A DNA stretch of 64,000 nucleotides. Origin: Eubacteriales bacterium (GTDB lineage Bacteria; Bacillota; Clostridia; Oscillospirales; CAG-272). A model generated the notes under the pieces. The model ran no database searches. It was not told the origin of the DNA and worked only from the letters and a program-made list of their open reading frames with translations. This document shows positions 38,062-47,267 of the stretch, in pieces. A program made the translations under genes and the position numbers. Each line of letters starts with the position of its first letter. Position 1 is the stretch's first letter. Location of the stretch: positions 24,686 to 88,685 of the forward strand of contig JAZTXP010000013.1 in assembly GCA_045636465.1 (NCBI GenBank). Reading direction: 5' to 3'.

Positions 38062-38089
38062 CAAAAAGCGCCCTCGTCTGAGGGCGCTA
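38062..38089 (-). terminator. Rho-independent terminator ending the Opp-like operon
   Basis: On the minus strand: AGCGCCCTC-AGAC-GAGGGCGCT followed by TTTTTG. Confidence 0.8.
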
Positions 38090-38107
38090 AAAGCAACTAT
38101 TTGACTT

Positions 38108-38512
38108 TTATACGAAGGAAGCGAGAATTAATGAAACTATCACCATTCCGACACCTAACCAAAGGTATTCGAAGGGGACTCCCTTTCTCTTTTCCTTCTT
38201 CTGGAGCTTGTATTCATAGAATCCGCCCTCGTCCTTATCCTTTTGCATAGGCGTAAATAGATAAAGAACAGATTTGAATCCGTATCCGATTATATCCAGC
38301 ACTCCGGTGGTGGATATCCACATAATTAGACCGACGCCTGTAAACATTATTCCCGCAACACAAAATCCGTCGCTGAGCGCGTGGATAGGAGGGATGTAAT
38401 CCACACCGTATGGGGGATTGTTTATTCTAAGGAAATACACAAGCACCACAGTGACCACGGATACTGCAACAGCAACACCCCAGTTGATCAGCTTTTTATA
38501 CTTATTTTCCAT
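38108..38512 (-). CDS. Small membrane protein (DUF3899-like)
   Basis: 134 aa with 3-4 TM segments. Last gene of the Opp-like operon. Family assignment is from overall resemblance only. Confidence 0.6.
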   Translation of the reverse strand: MENKYKKLINWGVAVAVSVVTVVLVYFLRINNPPYGVDYIPPIHALSDGFCVAGIMFTGVGLIMWISTTGVLDIIGYGFKSVLYLFTPMQKDKDEGGFYEYKLQKKEKRKGVPFEYLWLGVGMVIVSLILASFV

Positions 38513-38515
38513 TTA

Positions 38516-39607
38516 TTACTTCAATTCCTTCTGATACTTCTTAAATTCCTCAGAGTTGCAATAAACGAAATGTCCGGGCTTTATCTCACGCATAGTAGGA
38601 CCTTCCTTGGAATAGTCGTGGGATGCGAGAGGGTTGTAAACGATTCTCTGTCTCTTCTTCTCGTACATAGGATCGGGAAGAGGAATAGCAGAAAGAAGCG
38701 ATCTTGTATAGGGGTGAAGAGGATTTCTGAAGAGCTCTTCTGCGGGAGCAAGCTCGACCATCTTGCCAAAGTACATAACGCCGATTCTGTCAGAGAAGTA
38801 CTTAACAACCGAAAGGTCGTGAGCGATGAAGAGGATGGTAAGTCCAAGCTCGCGACGAAGGTCGTTAAGAAGGTTGATAACCTGAGCCTGAATAGAAACG
38901 TCGAGAGCGGAAACGGGCTCGTCTGCGATAATGAGGTCGGGCTCCATAATTACAGCACGGGCAACGCCGATTCTCTGCTTCTGTCCGCCTGAGAACTCGT
39001 GAGGATAACGGGATGCGTGCTCCTTAACGAGACCTACAAGCTCGAGGATCTTAAATACCTTGTTATCGATCTCCTCCTTATCCTTCATACCGTTGATGAT
39101 AAGACCCTCTGCGATAATATCGCGTACGGTCATACGGGGGTCAAGAGAAGCGATGGGATCCTGGAAGATCATCTGAATCTTTGTTCTGAGTTTCTTATCA
39201 ATATTCTTCTTATCCTGGATTAAGGACTTGATCTCTCTCTTACAAGTTTCAATATTTACGTATTCCTGCTTGATCTCATCTCTGATTGCTTTGCGATCGG
39301 AGAATCTTGCATGCTTGATCTCCTTCTTGAGCTTCTTGATCTGAACCTCGGACTTCTTGATAGCATATCTGTGGTAGCCTGTTCCAACAGCCATTTTCTT
39401 GCCTTTGAAGGTAACGCTACCGCCGGTGATATCGTAAAGACCGATAATGGATCGACCGGTTGTGGTTTTGCCGCAGCCGGACTCACCAACAAGACCGAAT
39501 ACTTCGCCCTTTCTGATCTCAAAGTTTACGTCGTCTACAGCCTTGGTAGGACCGAAGTACTGACAGAGATGCTCAACTTTGAGCAAAACTTCATTATTAT
39601 TTGCCAT
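38516..39607 (-). CDS. Opp/Dpp-type ABC transporter ATP-binding protein (OppF-like) with an insertion of about 55 aa before the Q-loop
   Basis: 363 aa. Walker [36 protein letters not shown] and the oligopeptide C-terminal extension. A Lys-rich helical insert ([18 protein letters not shown]...KNIDKKLR) lies between the first beta-strands and the Q-loop. Confidence 0.9.
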   Translation of the reverse strand: MANNNEVLLKVEHLCQYFGPTKAVDDVNFEIRKGEVFGLVGESGCGKTTTGRSIIGLYDITGGSVTFKGKKMAVGTGYHRYAIKKSEVQIKKLKKEIKHARFSDRKAIRDEIKQEYVNIETCKREIKSLIQDKKNIDKKLRTKIQMIFQDPIASLDPRMTVRDIIAEGLIINGMKDKEEIDNKVFKILELVGLVKEHASRYPHEFSGGQKQRIGVARAVIMEPDLIIADEPVSALDVSIQAQVINLLNDLRRELGLTILFIAHDLSVVKYFSDRIGVMYFGKMVELAPAEELFRNPLHPYTRSLLSAIPLPDPMYEKKRQRIVYNPLASHDYSKEGPTMREIKPGHFVYCNSEEFKKYQKELK

Positions 39608-41796
39608 TACTGTGCACCTCCGCGTTTTCTCATTCTTTCAATTCTCTCCGCAACTACCTTGGGCATACCGATCTTAGGCGCCTGGGGATGAAGGAGCCAT
39701 GTTGCTGCCTCATGTGTAGGAGAAATTCTAAACATAGGAGGCTGCATCTCGAAGTCGATCTCGAGCGCATACTTGTTACGGTCTGCGAAAGCATCGCCCA
39801 CGGGAGGATAGATCATGTTAGGAGGTGTGCCGGGAATAGCCTCAAGCTTTTCCTTGGTATCAAGGTCGGGCATGGAGGAGAGGAGCGCCCATGTATAAGG
39901 ATGGGCGGGAGCGTAGAAGATATCTTCTGAAGTACCGCACTCAACGATCTTACCCGCGTACATAACTGCAATTCTGTCTGCCATGTTAGCAACAACGCCA
40001 AGGTCGTGGGTAATGAAGATGATGGAGAGCTGACGCTCCTTCTTGATTTTGTTAATAAGCTCAAGGATCTGAGCCTGAATAGTAACGTCAAGAGCTGTTG
40101 TAGGCTCGTCGCAAATAAGGATGTCGGGGTTAGCCGCGAGAGCGATCGCAATAACAATTCTCTGTCTCATACCTCCGGAGAACTCGAAGGGATACTGTTT
40201 GAATCTCTTTGCAGGCTCGGCGATACCAACCTCATCCATAAGCTTGATAGCCTTACGCTTAGCCATGCTCTTAGTTACGGTATAAACTGTATCGGAAGCG
40301 TTGCGCTTGAAGAAATCAACGAGCTCAACGGTTTCCTTTGCGAAGTTACGGCTTGCGCTTTCGGCAAGTCTCTTCTGATAATGCTTGATAAGTCTTTCCA
40401 CTACGCCAACAACGTCGCGCTTAACGTCCTCAAGGTCGATGAGGGCGGCAGGAATAACCTTCCACTCGGGAGTCTTTCCTCTTCTTACGAGACTGTCATA
40501 CTTAGCCTGCTGCTTATCGTGAGCAGCCTTTGCAACCTTATTCTTCTTGATAGCCTCGAAGTAGCTGTCAATTGTATGAATCAAGCTGGTCTTAAAGGTA
40601 TATGCGATACTGTCCTTATGGATCTCAAGATGGTCAATGGATTCTTCAACCTCCTTGATAAGGGCATTTGCGCAATCATAAACTGTCTTCTTGTGATAGC
40701 GTCCGCTCTTGCCGAAGGTTCTGAGAGATCTTCTCGCGCAGTCAAGCGCCTCTCTCTTTTCCTTATCATAAATAATAGCGGAGTATCTGAGAGCAACCTC
40801 GATGAAGCCGAGGAAGCGAAGCATGAAGTGCTTATCGAGATACTGGAGAAGGAACTCGTTAAGCTCCTTAACAGGCATTTCGGGAAGGGGCTGGTTTGCG
40901 AATGTGAGATAGTAGCCCATTCTGAAGAAGTCGGGAGAATCCTTAGCAACCGCAAACTCAAGAACAGACTTAAGCTCTGCAAGTTTCTTAGCTGTTGATG
41001 CAAACTTTCCGCCTCTTTCCTCGCGGTTATAAGCCTTAGGAAGTGTATTAACAAGGCTCATAAGCTTAACCGAGTGTTCTTTTACAACGTACTCGTGTGT
41101 TGCCTTGCCTGCAAGAGTACAGATCTCCTTGATCTCAGCCTTGCATCCCTTAAAAGCGTTCTTCTCAATGTGGAAGAGCGCGTCCTCAATAAGAGGAATT
41201 GCTTCCTGAGCAGACTCGTAAGACTCGTTATACTTCTGCTCAAGCTCGATGTGCTTGAACTCAAATGTGTCGAAGTCCTTGCAAAGCTGTTCGATCTGCT
41301 GCTCTGTAAGCTTTTCTATTCTCTGACCTGTAAGATTGGTATAGCCGCCCTTAGTAATAGCCGCTACCATCGTCCTCTTAAGGAGAGCGAGAGTATTATT
41401 GAAAGCATCACGGCTAGCCTTCTGTCTTGCCTTGCCCTTAAGGAGCATAGCCTCGGTAAGCTGCCTACCGATCTTCATAATGGGGTTAAGAGAGGACATG
41501 GGATCCTGGAAGATCATAGCGATCTTGTCACCGCGGATCTTGTGGAAGTCCTCCTCGCCGATCTTGAGAAGGTCCTGACCGTCGTAGATGATCTCGCCGG
41601 ACTCAACAATTGCGTTGCCGGAAAGAATACCAAGAATGGACTTGGATGTTACGGATTTACCGGAACCGGACTCACCAACGATAGCGAGGGTTTCACCCTT
41701 GTAAAGGTCAAAGTTGATATTTCTAACGGCCTGAACCTTGCCGTTTACCGTTTTGAACGATATTCTTAAATTGTTAACTTCTAATTTCTTTTCCAT
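39607..41796 (-). CDS. Opp/Dpp-type ABC transporter ATP-binding protein (OppD-like) split by a helical insertion of roughly 380 aa
   Basis: 729 aa. Walker A GESGSGKS (aa 41-48), Q-loop IAMIFQDP (aa ~92-99), signature FSGGMRQR only at aa ~539, then ILICDEPTTALD and the oligopeptide C-terminal domain. Confidence 0.9.
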   Translation of the reverse strand: MEKKLEVNNLRISFKTVNGKVQAVRNINFDLYKGETLAIVGESGSGKSVTSKSILGILSGNAIVESGEIIYDGQDLLKIGEEDFHKIRGDKIAMIFQDPMSSLNPIMKIGRQLTEAMLLKGKARQKASRDAFNNTLALLKRTMVAAITKGGYTNLTGQRIEKLTEQQIEQLCKDFDTFEFKHIELEQKYNESYESAQEAIPLIEDALFHIEKNAFKGCKAEIKEICTLAGKATHEYVVKEHSVKLMSLVNTLPKAYNREERGGKFASTAKKLAELKSVLEFAVAKDSPDFFRMGYYLTFANQPLPEMPVKELNEFLLQYLDKHFMLRFLGFIEVALRYSAIIYDKEKREALDCARRSLRTFGKSGRYHKKTVYDCANALIKEVEESIDHLEIHKDSIAYTFKTSLIHTIDSYFEAIKKNKVAKAAHDKQQAKYDSLVRRGKTPEWKVIPAALIDLEDVKRDVVGVVERLIKHYQKRLAESASRNFAKETVELVDFFKRNASDTVYTVTKSMAKRKAIKLMDEVGIAEPAKRFKQYPFEFSGGMRQRIVIAIALAANPDILICDEPTTALDVTIQAQILELINKIKKERQLSIIFITHDLGVVANMADRIAVMYAGKIVECGTSEDIFYAPAHPYTWALLSSMPDLDTKEKLEAIPGTPPNMIYPPVGDAFADRNKYALEIDFEMQPPMFRISPTHEAATWLLHPQAPKIGMPKVVAERIERMRKRGGAQ

Positions 41797-41800
41797 ATTA

Positions 41801-43396
41801 TCAATCCTCGATTCCCTTCAGTGATGGGTTGAAAGCGTCGCGGAGACCGTTACCGAAGAGGTTGAACGAAATCTCAAGCAGGGAAATGAACAACGCGGGG
41901 AACAAAATAATGTGAGGGAAGGTGCTGAGAACGCCGTTACCGTTAGAAAGAAGTGTACCAACGGATGTCTGAGTGGAGCTCTCAAGGTTAACGATACCCA
42001 GGTATGTCAAGCTGGACTCGGAGAAGATAACTCCGGGGATAGAAAGAACTGAGCCTGTGATAAGTGTACCCATTGCGTTGGGGAAAATGTGCTTGAAGAT
42101 AAGTCTTCTGTCGCTGGCACCGAGAGTTCTTGCGGAAAGAACGTATTCCTGATGCTTGAATCTGTAGAACTGCATACGTGTTCTTGCAGCCATACCAAGC
42201 CATCCTGTAAGCACGAAGGCGAATACCATCGACCATACAGGACCAACCTTCGATGCAAGGTGGAGCTGGAAGAGCGACATAACTACCATTGAGGGCATAC
42301 CGCCGAGAATATCGGAGATTCTTTCCATTACCATATCAACAGCGCCGCCGTAGAAGCCCTCGATCGCGCCGTACATAGCGCCGATGAAGAGGTTAACTGC
42401 GGAAATGCAGATAGCGAGAACAAGAGAGAATCTTGCACCGGCTGCAAGCCTTGTAAGGATATCCTGACCCTTCTGGTTAGTACCGAAGAGGAAGGAAGCC
42501 TCGTGACCGTATCTATAGGTGAAGTAGTTATCGAGAAGAACTCTTACCTTGTAGGAGGTAATAACCTTATCGTTTACTCTTGTTGCAGAAACGAGAGCAT
42601 AAAGATAATCGCCGTTATCGCCATCAATGCGAAGACTGTTGTAATTATAATACTCGGAGGAGTAAAGCAAGCCCTGGAATCTTGCGCTGTCCTTATCTGC
42701 GTAGCATTCTATGAAATTGCCTTTATTATCTAATCTGGGGTAACCGTTACCTGTGGTTGAATACCAAACGTTTGCGTCACCCTTCTTAGCATTGGCGATT
42801 AGATCCTTGCCGTTTTCCTTAAGAGTGGTATCAACTACAGGGAAAATAACCTGTATGCCGGTTTCATTCTGCCATCTCTGAATGTCCTCGAATTGTTCAA
42901 GAGAAAGGTCGATGAACTGCATACCGTTTGCAACGTAGGAGTCAACTCTTACGTCATAGTAGGTTCTGTTATCTTCCTTGTAAGGATCGCCGTAAACCTC
43001 AACCATAACCTCGGAGCCGGTCTCTTTCTCGAGAGCTCTGAAAATGTTATACTGGTTTTCGTTAACGGTTTTGTCCTTCGCACCGTCCCAGAAGCCGTAC
43101 TGAGAAAGAAGCTCGGACTTGGGAAGGAGGTTTCTATACTGAAGATAGGTTGTGTCTGTAAGTGAAAGTGAATATGTGGTCTCGCAGAAAATAGGAACGA
43201 AAATCGCGAAAAGCACAAGAAGGAAAATGATGATAGCCGCTACTACGGAGGACTTGTTCTTGCAGAATCTTCTGAATACGTCCTTTGCGTAGCTCATAGG
43301 CTTGGTATCAAACTTCTTATCACCGGTTCTGCGCCCGGGATCTGCAAAGCGGAGCTTTTCTAATGGTATATTTTTAATATTTATATTCTTTTCCAT
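41801..43396 (-). CDS. Opp/Dpp-type ABC transporter permease (OppC-like) with a large extracytoplasmic insertion after TM1
   Basis: 531 aa. TM1 (AAIIIFLLVLFAIFVPIF), then about 230 soluble residues, then the conserved BPD permease core (EAA-like SARTLGASDRRLIFKHIFPN). Confidence 0.85.
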   Translation of the reverse strand: MEKNINIKNIPLEKLRFADPGRRTGDKKFDTKPMSYAKDVFRRFCKNKSSVVAAIIIFLLVLFAIFVPIFCETTYSLSLTDTTYLQYRNLLPKSELLSQYGFWDGAKDKTVNENQYNIFRALEKETGSEVMVEVYGDPYKEDNRTYYDVRVDSYVANGMQFIDLSLEQFEDIQRWQNETGIQVIFPVVDTTLKENGKDLIANAKKGDANVWYSTTGNGYPRLDNKGNFIECYADKDSARFQGLLYSSEYYNYNSLRIDGDNGDYLYALVSATRVNDKVITSYKVRVLLDNYFTYRYGHEASFLFGTNQKGQDILTRLAAGARFSLVLAICISAVNLFIGAMYGAIEGFYGGAVDMVMERISDILGGMPSMVVMSLFQLHLASKVGPVWSMVFAFVLTGWLGMAARTRMQFYRFKHQEYVLSARTLGASDRRLIFKHIFPNAMGTLITGSVLSIPGVIFSESSLTYLGIVNLESSTQTSVGTLLSNGNGVLSTFPHIILFPALFISLLEISFNLFGNGLRDAFNPSLKGIED

Positions 43397-44448
43397 TATC
43401 TTTCTCCCATTCTGATTCTAGGATCTACAAAGCCATAGCTAAGGTCAACTACGATACCGGAGGCAAGGCCTACAAGGGTATAGAAGGAGTTGAGAAGCAG
43501 GTAAACGTTGTAGTCAAGTGCATTGATAGACTCAAGGTAGAGACCGCCAACACCGGGAATACCAAAGATCTGCTCAACGATAAGAGAACCGCCGATGATA
43601 CCGATGAATTCACCAAGAATCATGGGGAAGATAGGCACCATGGAGTTTCTGAGGGCGTGGCGAACTGTAGCCTGTCCTCGTGTCAAGCCCTTAGTTCTTG
43701 CAAGGAGCATATATTCCTGAGTAAGAACCTCGCAAAGCTCGGCTCTGGTGTATCTCGCAAGACCTGCGATAGTACCGAGAGCAAGGGAAAGCACGGGGGG
43801 AACGATGGATATAAACATACTCATAGAGAAGTAGTCCGTACCGGGGTTCATAGTAAGGGGGAAGCCCCATCCTGTCCATTCAACCAGCTTATGGCAGAGA
43901 ATGTACTGGATAAGGAAGCAGTAAACGTAACCGGGAACCGAAATGAATACCATAACGCCGGTGGAAATAAGGTGGTCCTGCCACTTGTTCTTTTTAAGAG
44001 CTGCATAAATACCGAGAGCAAGACCTGCAGGAACCGCAACGATCATTGTCACTACGTTTACAAGCATTGTGGAGGGAAGCTTAGTAAGGAAAACATCCCA
44101 TATCTCACGGTTAGGATAGAGCTGCTCGGAAAGACCCCAGTTACCGCCCTTGAATACTTTGTTGTTAAGGTCGTAACCTAACAAAACACGTGTCTGTTCA
44201 CCGTTAGCATTTGTACTGAAATCTGTTGCGAGAAGTGTCTTTGTAAGGAATATTCCGTACTGCTCAATAAGCGGCTTATTATAACCCAGTGCCTCACGGC
44301 GCATCATAATAATATTATATGAGTCGGAGCCGGGCTGTGCCTGCGGCGGCTTATCTGGCAGGAGCTTAACGAGGAAGAAGCACATTGTGATGATTACGAA
44401 GAATACGAAGATCATCAGCAAAAGTCGTTTTACTACGTATTTAAACAT
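43396..44448 (-). CDS. Opp/Dpp-type ABC transporter permease (OppB-like)
   Basis: 350 aa. MFKYVVKRLLLMIFVFF N-terminus and EAA loop (LARTKGLTRGQATVRHALRNS). Confidence 0.9.
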   Translation of the reverse strand: MFKYVVKRLLLMIFVFFVIITMCFFLVKLLPDKPPQAQPGSDSYNIIMMRREALGYNKPLIEQYGIFLTKTLLATDFSTNANGEQTRVLLGYDLNNKVFKGGNWGLSEQLYPNREIWDVFLTKLPSTMLVNVVTMIVAVPAGLALGIYAALKKNKWQDHLISTGVMVFISVPGYVYCFLIQYILCHKLVEWTGWGFPLTMNPGTDYFSMSMFISIVPPVLSLALGTIAGLARYTRAELCEVLTQEYMLLARTKGLTRGQATVRHALRNSMVPIFPMILGEFIGIIGGSLIVEQIFGIPGVGGLYLESINALDYNVYLLLNSFYTLVGLASGIVVDLSYGFVDPRIRMGER

Positions 44449-44638
44449 ATTTACCTCCTGTAAATTTTGTTGAAAATGTAAATTTTAATTAGCTTTTTTC
44501 GCTAAAAAACGCAATTAGGATTACCATTGGAAATTGCACTTTAATATTATCTTCATCCCCATAAAGGTAATACCAAAATGCAATTTTAACCGCTGTTTTT
44601 TTGACAGCTGTAGCGATAACCTGCAAATCGCAAGAAAA

Positions 44639-44694
44639 GGGGTTACACCCCAAAAAATGCACATTCCCCCCCGAGGGCCTAAACCCTCGGGGGG
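44639..44694 (-). promoter_or_regulatory. Two GC-rich stem-loops between the binding-protein gene and the permease genes
   Basis: CCCCCCCGAGGG (44666-44677) / CCCTCGGGGGG (44684-44694), and GGGG-TTACA-CCCC (44639-44651). On the minus strand each is followed by a short U-run. This is the position of a partial terminator or stabiliser downstream of the SBP gene. Confidence 0.6.
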
Positions 44695-44753
44695 CAGTAT
44701 GCCAAGTATCACTTACAAGAAGTCATACCTATAAATTCTATCTGTTTTACAGA

Positions 44754-47267
44754 TTACTGGTAGTTAAGAACGCCACCCTTTTCGGTGATGTACTCTTCCC
44801 ACTCAGCGTCGGTGTAGTTGTATGTCATGTACTGAATACCACCACGGCCAACACCGTAAACGTATTCCTGAGTATAGTACTCTACCTGGTAACCAAGAAG
44901 AGAAGCGGAGGAATCACAGTGTGTAGGAATCATATCGTAGTTTCTAAGAACTGCGCCCTCGATAGCAGCGAGAAGGAGAACTCTCTCTTCCTGCTTGGAA
45001 GGATCCTTCTTAACTTCTGCAGTACCGCAAGCATATTCTACCATTTGACCTGTAGCAACGTTACGGATCTCGATTGTCTCGCCTTCGCAAGCGTATGTCC
45101 AGTTAAGAACGGAAGCTTCGTAAGTAACGCCATCGAATGTGAACTGCATCATTTCCTTAGAAGTATCCCAAGAGGGGTCATACTGGTAATCAGGATATGT
45201 GTAAGCACCGATAAGACCGTAGGGGTTAAGAGCGGAACCGGTCCAACCTACTCCGAAGAGCATATCAACAGTGTTAGCGCGAAGAGCATCGGAGAAGCCG
45301 TTACCAAGAGTGCTGTCGTTGGTGAATGTAAGCTTACCTTCAAGCTTTGTGCCCTTAACTGCCTCAGTATAGTTGTTTACGAGGAAGTCATAACCGTTGG
45401 TATAGAACTTAGATGTGTTGTTGGGAGTACCGATGCAGATCTCGATTGTATCTGTACCGTTGTAAACGCCTGCTGCAACAGCTGCGTCATAAGCCTGGTT
45501 GAAGAGCTCCTTAGCACCCTCAAGGTTGTAACCTGTGATGGAAGCGATAGCCTCATCCTTTGTGGGATAGAGCTTGCCTTCACCGATATCGTCCTGAGAA
45601 ACGCCCCAGAACTCAAGGATTGTATCCTTAGCTGCTTCCTCTGTACGGTACATAACACCGTTTTCAGGGTCAGAGCAGATCATGTTGCTGAAGAGTGCAA
45701 GACCGATGGAGCCCATAGGATCAAGTGTGTTAATGAACTTCTGACGGTCAAGAGAGAAGGAGATAGCCATTCTGAACTCCTTCATGCCAAGGATGGACTT
45801 ATCCTTGCCGGGATTCTCTTTTTCCCACTCTACGAAAGCTGCCTCGCTGGGGTTCATAGCGATGAACCAAGTGGAGTCGCCGTCTGTGTAGTAAATTCTC
45901 TCAGAAGATGTGTAATCGGAAACGTGGTCAACGTCGAGACCGTATGCATCAAGCTTACCCTGAAGGAATGCTGTGTAAGCGGTTTCGCTGTCGTACTTGT
46001 CGATAACAACCTTAGTTGTCTGATACTGACCCTCACGAGCGGGATCGGAGTGACCATACCAGTTGTTGTTCTTTGTGAACACGAGCTGCTTATCAAGCTG
46101 GAAGGATTCAAGCTTGTAAGGACCGAAGCCCATGTATGTTTCGGTAGATGTACCGTAAGTGTTAGAATAGAGACCGTTCTCGTCGATAGACTCGCACTTA
46201 TCATAGATGTCAGTCTTTACGAGACCGAAGTTACCTGTAAGGCTGTAGTTGAGGTAGAAGCCATCAAGGGGAGACTCAAGGATAATAACAAGCTCTGTGT
46301 CAGAGAGAGCCTTGATACCAACTTCGTCGAAGGAAACGTCGGGATATGTGATAGTGCTTATGCACCATACAAGGGGAGTGCCTGCAAGAGCCATACCGAA
46401 CTGAGCTGCAGAGTTCCAAGCTGCTGCAAGAGCGGGATCTGCCTTAATCTCAGCAAGGGTCTTACCTTCCATAGCTACTGCTGCCTCGGGAGTGAAAGCA
46501 ACATTGCCGTCTTTATCTGCCATGTAGTTGCCGTAGTTACCGATAAGCCAAGCTGCTGTGTTAGCTACATTGTAGGATGCAGGGAAACCTGCCCAAGTTC
46601 TAACGTAGCACTCTACTTCGCCTGCGCCAAGGTTGAACACGAGAACGTCGTCAAGCTCTTCGGAGTAAGCGCCGTAACCTTCCTGTGCAGGAACGGTAGC
46701 AGTTCTGCCGCTATAGAAACGATCCTTAGCGTTTACAAGAACAAGGTCGCCGGAGTAGAGCTGGTCAGCTCTGTAGTTGATAGCAACGGGATCAAGAAGT
46801 CTGTCTGCGGATGCAACGAAATCGTGCGCTGTGATGGGTGTGCCGTCTTCCCATTTGAGGTCGTTACGAAGCTCGATGAGCCAAGCTCTGGAAGTCTCGT
46901 CTTCGCCGATGCCCCATTCCTCGCCAACGTAGTTAGATGTAACGTCAACGGGCATTGCAGCTGCCATTTCGGGAACAACTACGAAACCGTCTTTAGTTTC
47001 GTTGTAATCGAAGGTGTAGAAACCAACAGTTGTGTAATCAAGAACTGTGGAATCGTTAGCAGTCTGATAAGTGTGGGGGTTCCAAGAGGTACCGAATTCG
47101 GATGTGTAAGTATTGTATGTGTAATGAAGTTCTGCTCTGCACTTATCGCAAACAAGATCTCCATTATCGTCCTTGTGCTTACACTTGAACCAATCGCAAG
47201 ATGTCATAGAGAGCATCATTGCAACTACAAGAACCAAAGTAAGAACTTTAGTGAAGTTTTTGAACAT
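44754..47267 (-). CDS. Family-5 (peptide/nickel/oligosaccharide type) ABC substrate-binding lipoprotein, unusually large
   Basis: 837 aa. Lipobox LSMTSC. The family-5 SBP-like body carries several insertions. A Cys-rich segment (CDWFKCKHKDDNGDLVCDKCRAELHYTY) follows the lipid-anchor Cys. Confidence 0.85.
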   Translation of the reverse strand: MFKNFTKVLTLVLVVAMMLSMTSCDWFKCKHKDDNGDLVCDKCRAELHYTYNTYTSEFGTSWNPHTYQTANDSTVLDYTTVGFYTFDYNETKDGFVVVPEMAAAMPVDVTSNYVGEEWGIGEDETSRAWLIELRNDLKWEDGTPITAHDFVASADRLLDPVAINYRADQLYSGDLVLVNAKDRFYSGRTATVPAQEGYGAYSEELDDVLVFNLGAGEVECYVRTWAGFPASYNVANTAAWLIGNYGNYMADKDGNVAFTPEAAVAMEGKTLAEIKADPALAAAWNSAAQFGMALAGTPLVWCISTITYPDVSFDEVGIKALSDTELVIILESPLDGFYLNYSLTGNFGLVKTDIYDKCESIDENGLYSNTYGTSTETYMGFGPYKLESFQLDKQLVFTKNNNWYGHSDPAREGQYQTTKVVIDKYDSETAYTAFLQGKLDAYGLDVDHVSDYTSSERIYYTDGDSTWFIAMNPSEAAFVEWEKENPGKDKSILGMKEFRMAISFSLDRQKFINTLDPMGSIGLALFSNMICSDPENGVMYRTEEAAKDTILEFWGVSQDDIGEGKLYPTKDEAIASITGYNLEGAKELFNQAYDAAVAAGVYNGTDTIEICIGTPNNTSKFYTNGYDFLVNNYTEAVKGTKLEGKLTFTNDSTLGNGFSDALRANTVDMLFGVGWTGSALNPYGLIGAYTYPDYQYDPSWDTSKEMMQFTFDGVTYEASVLNWTYACEGETIEIRNVATGQMVEYACGTAEVKKDPSKQEERVLLLAAIEGAVLRNYDMIPTHCDSSASLLGYQVEYYTQEYVYGVGRGGIQYMTYNYTDAEWEEYITEKGGVLNYQ

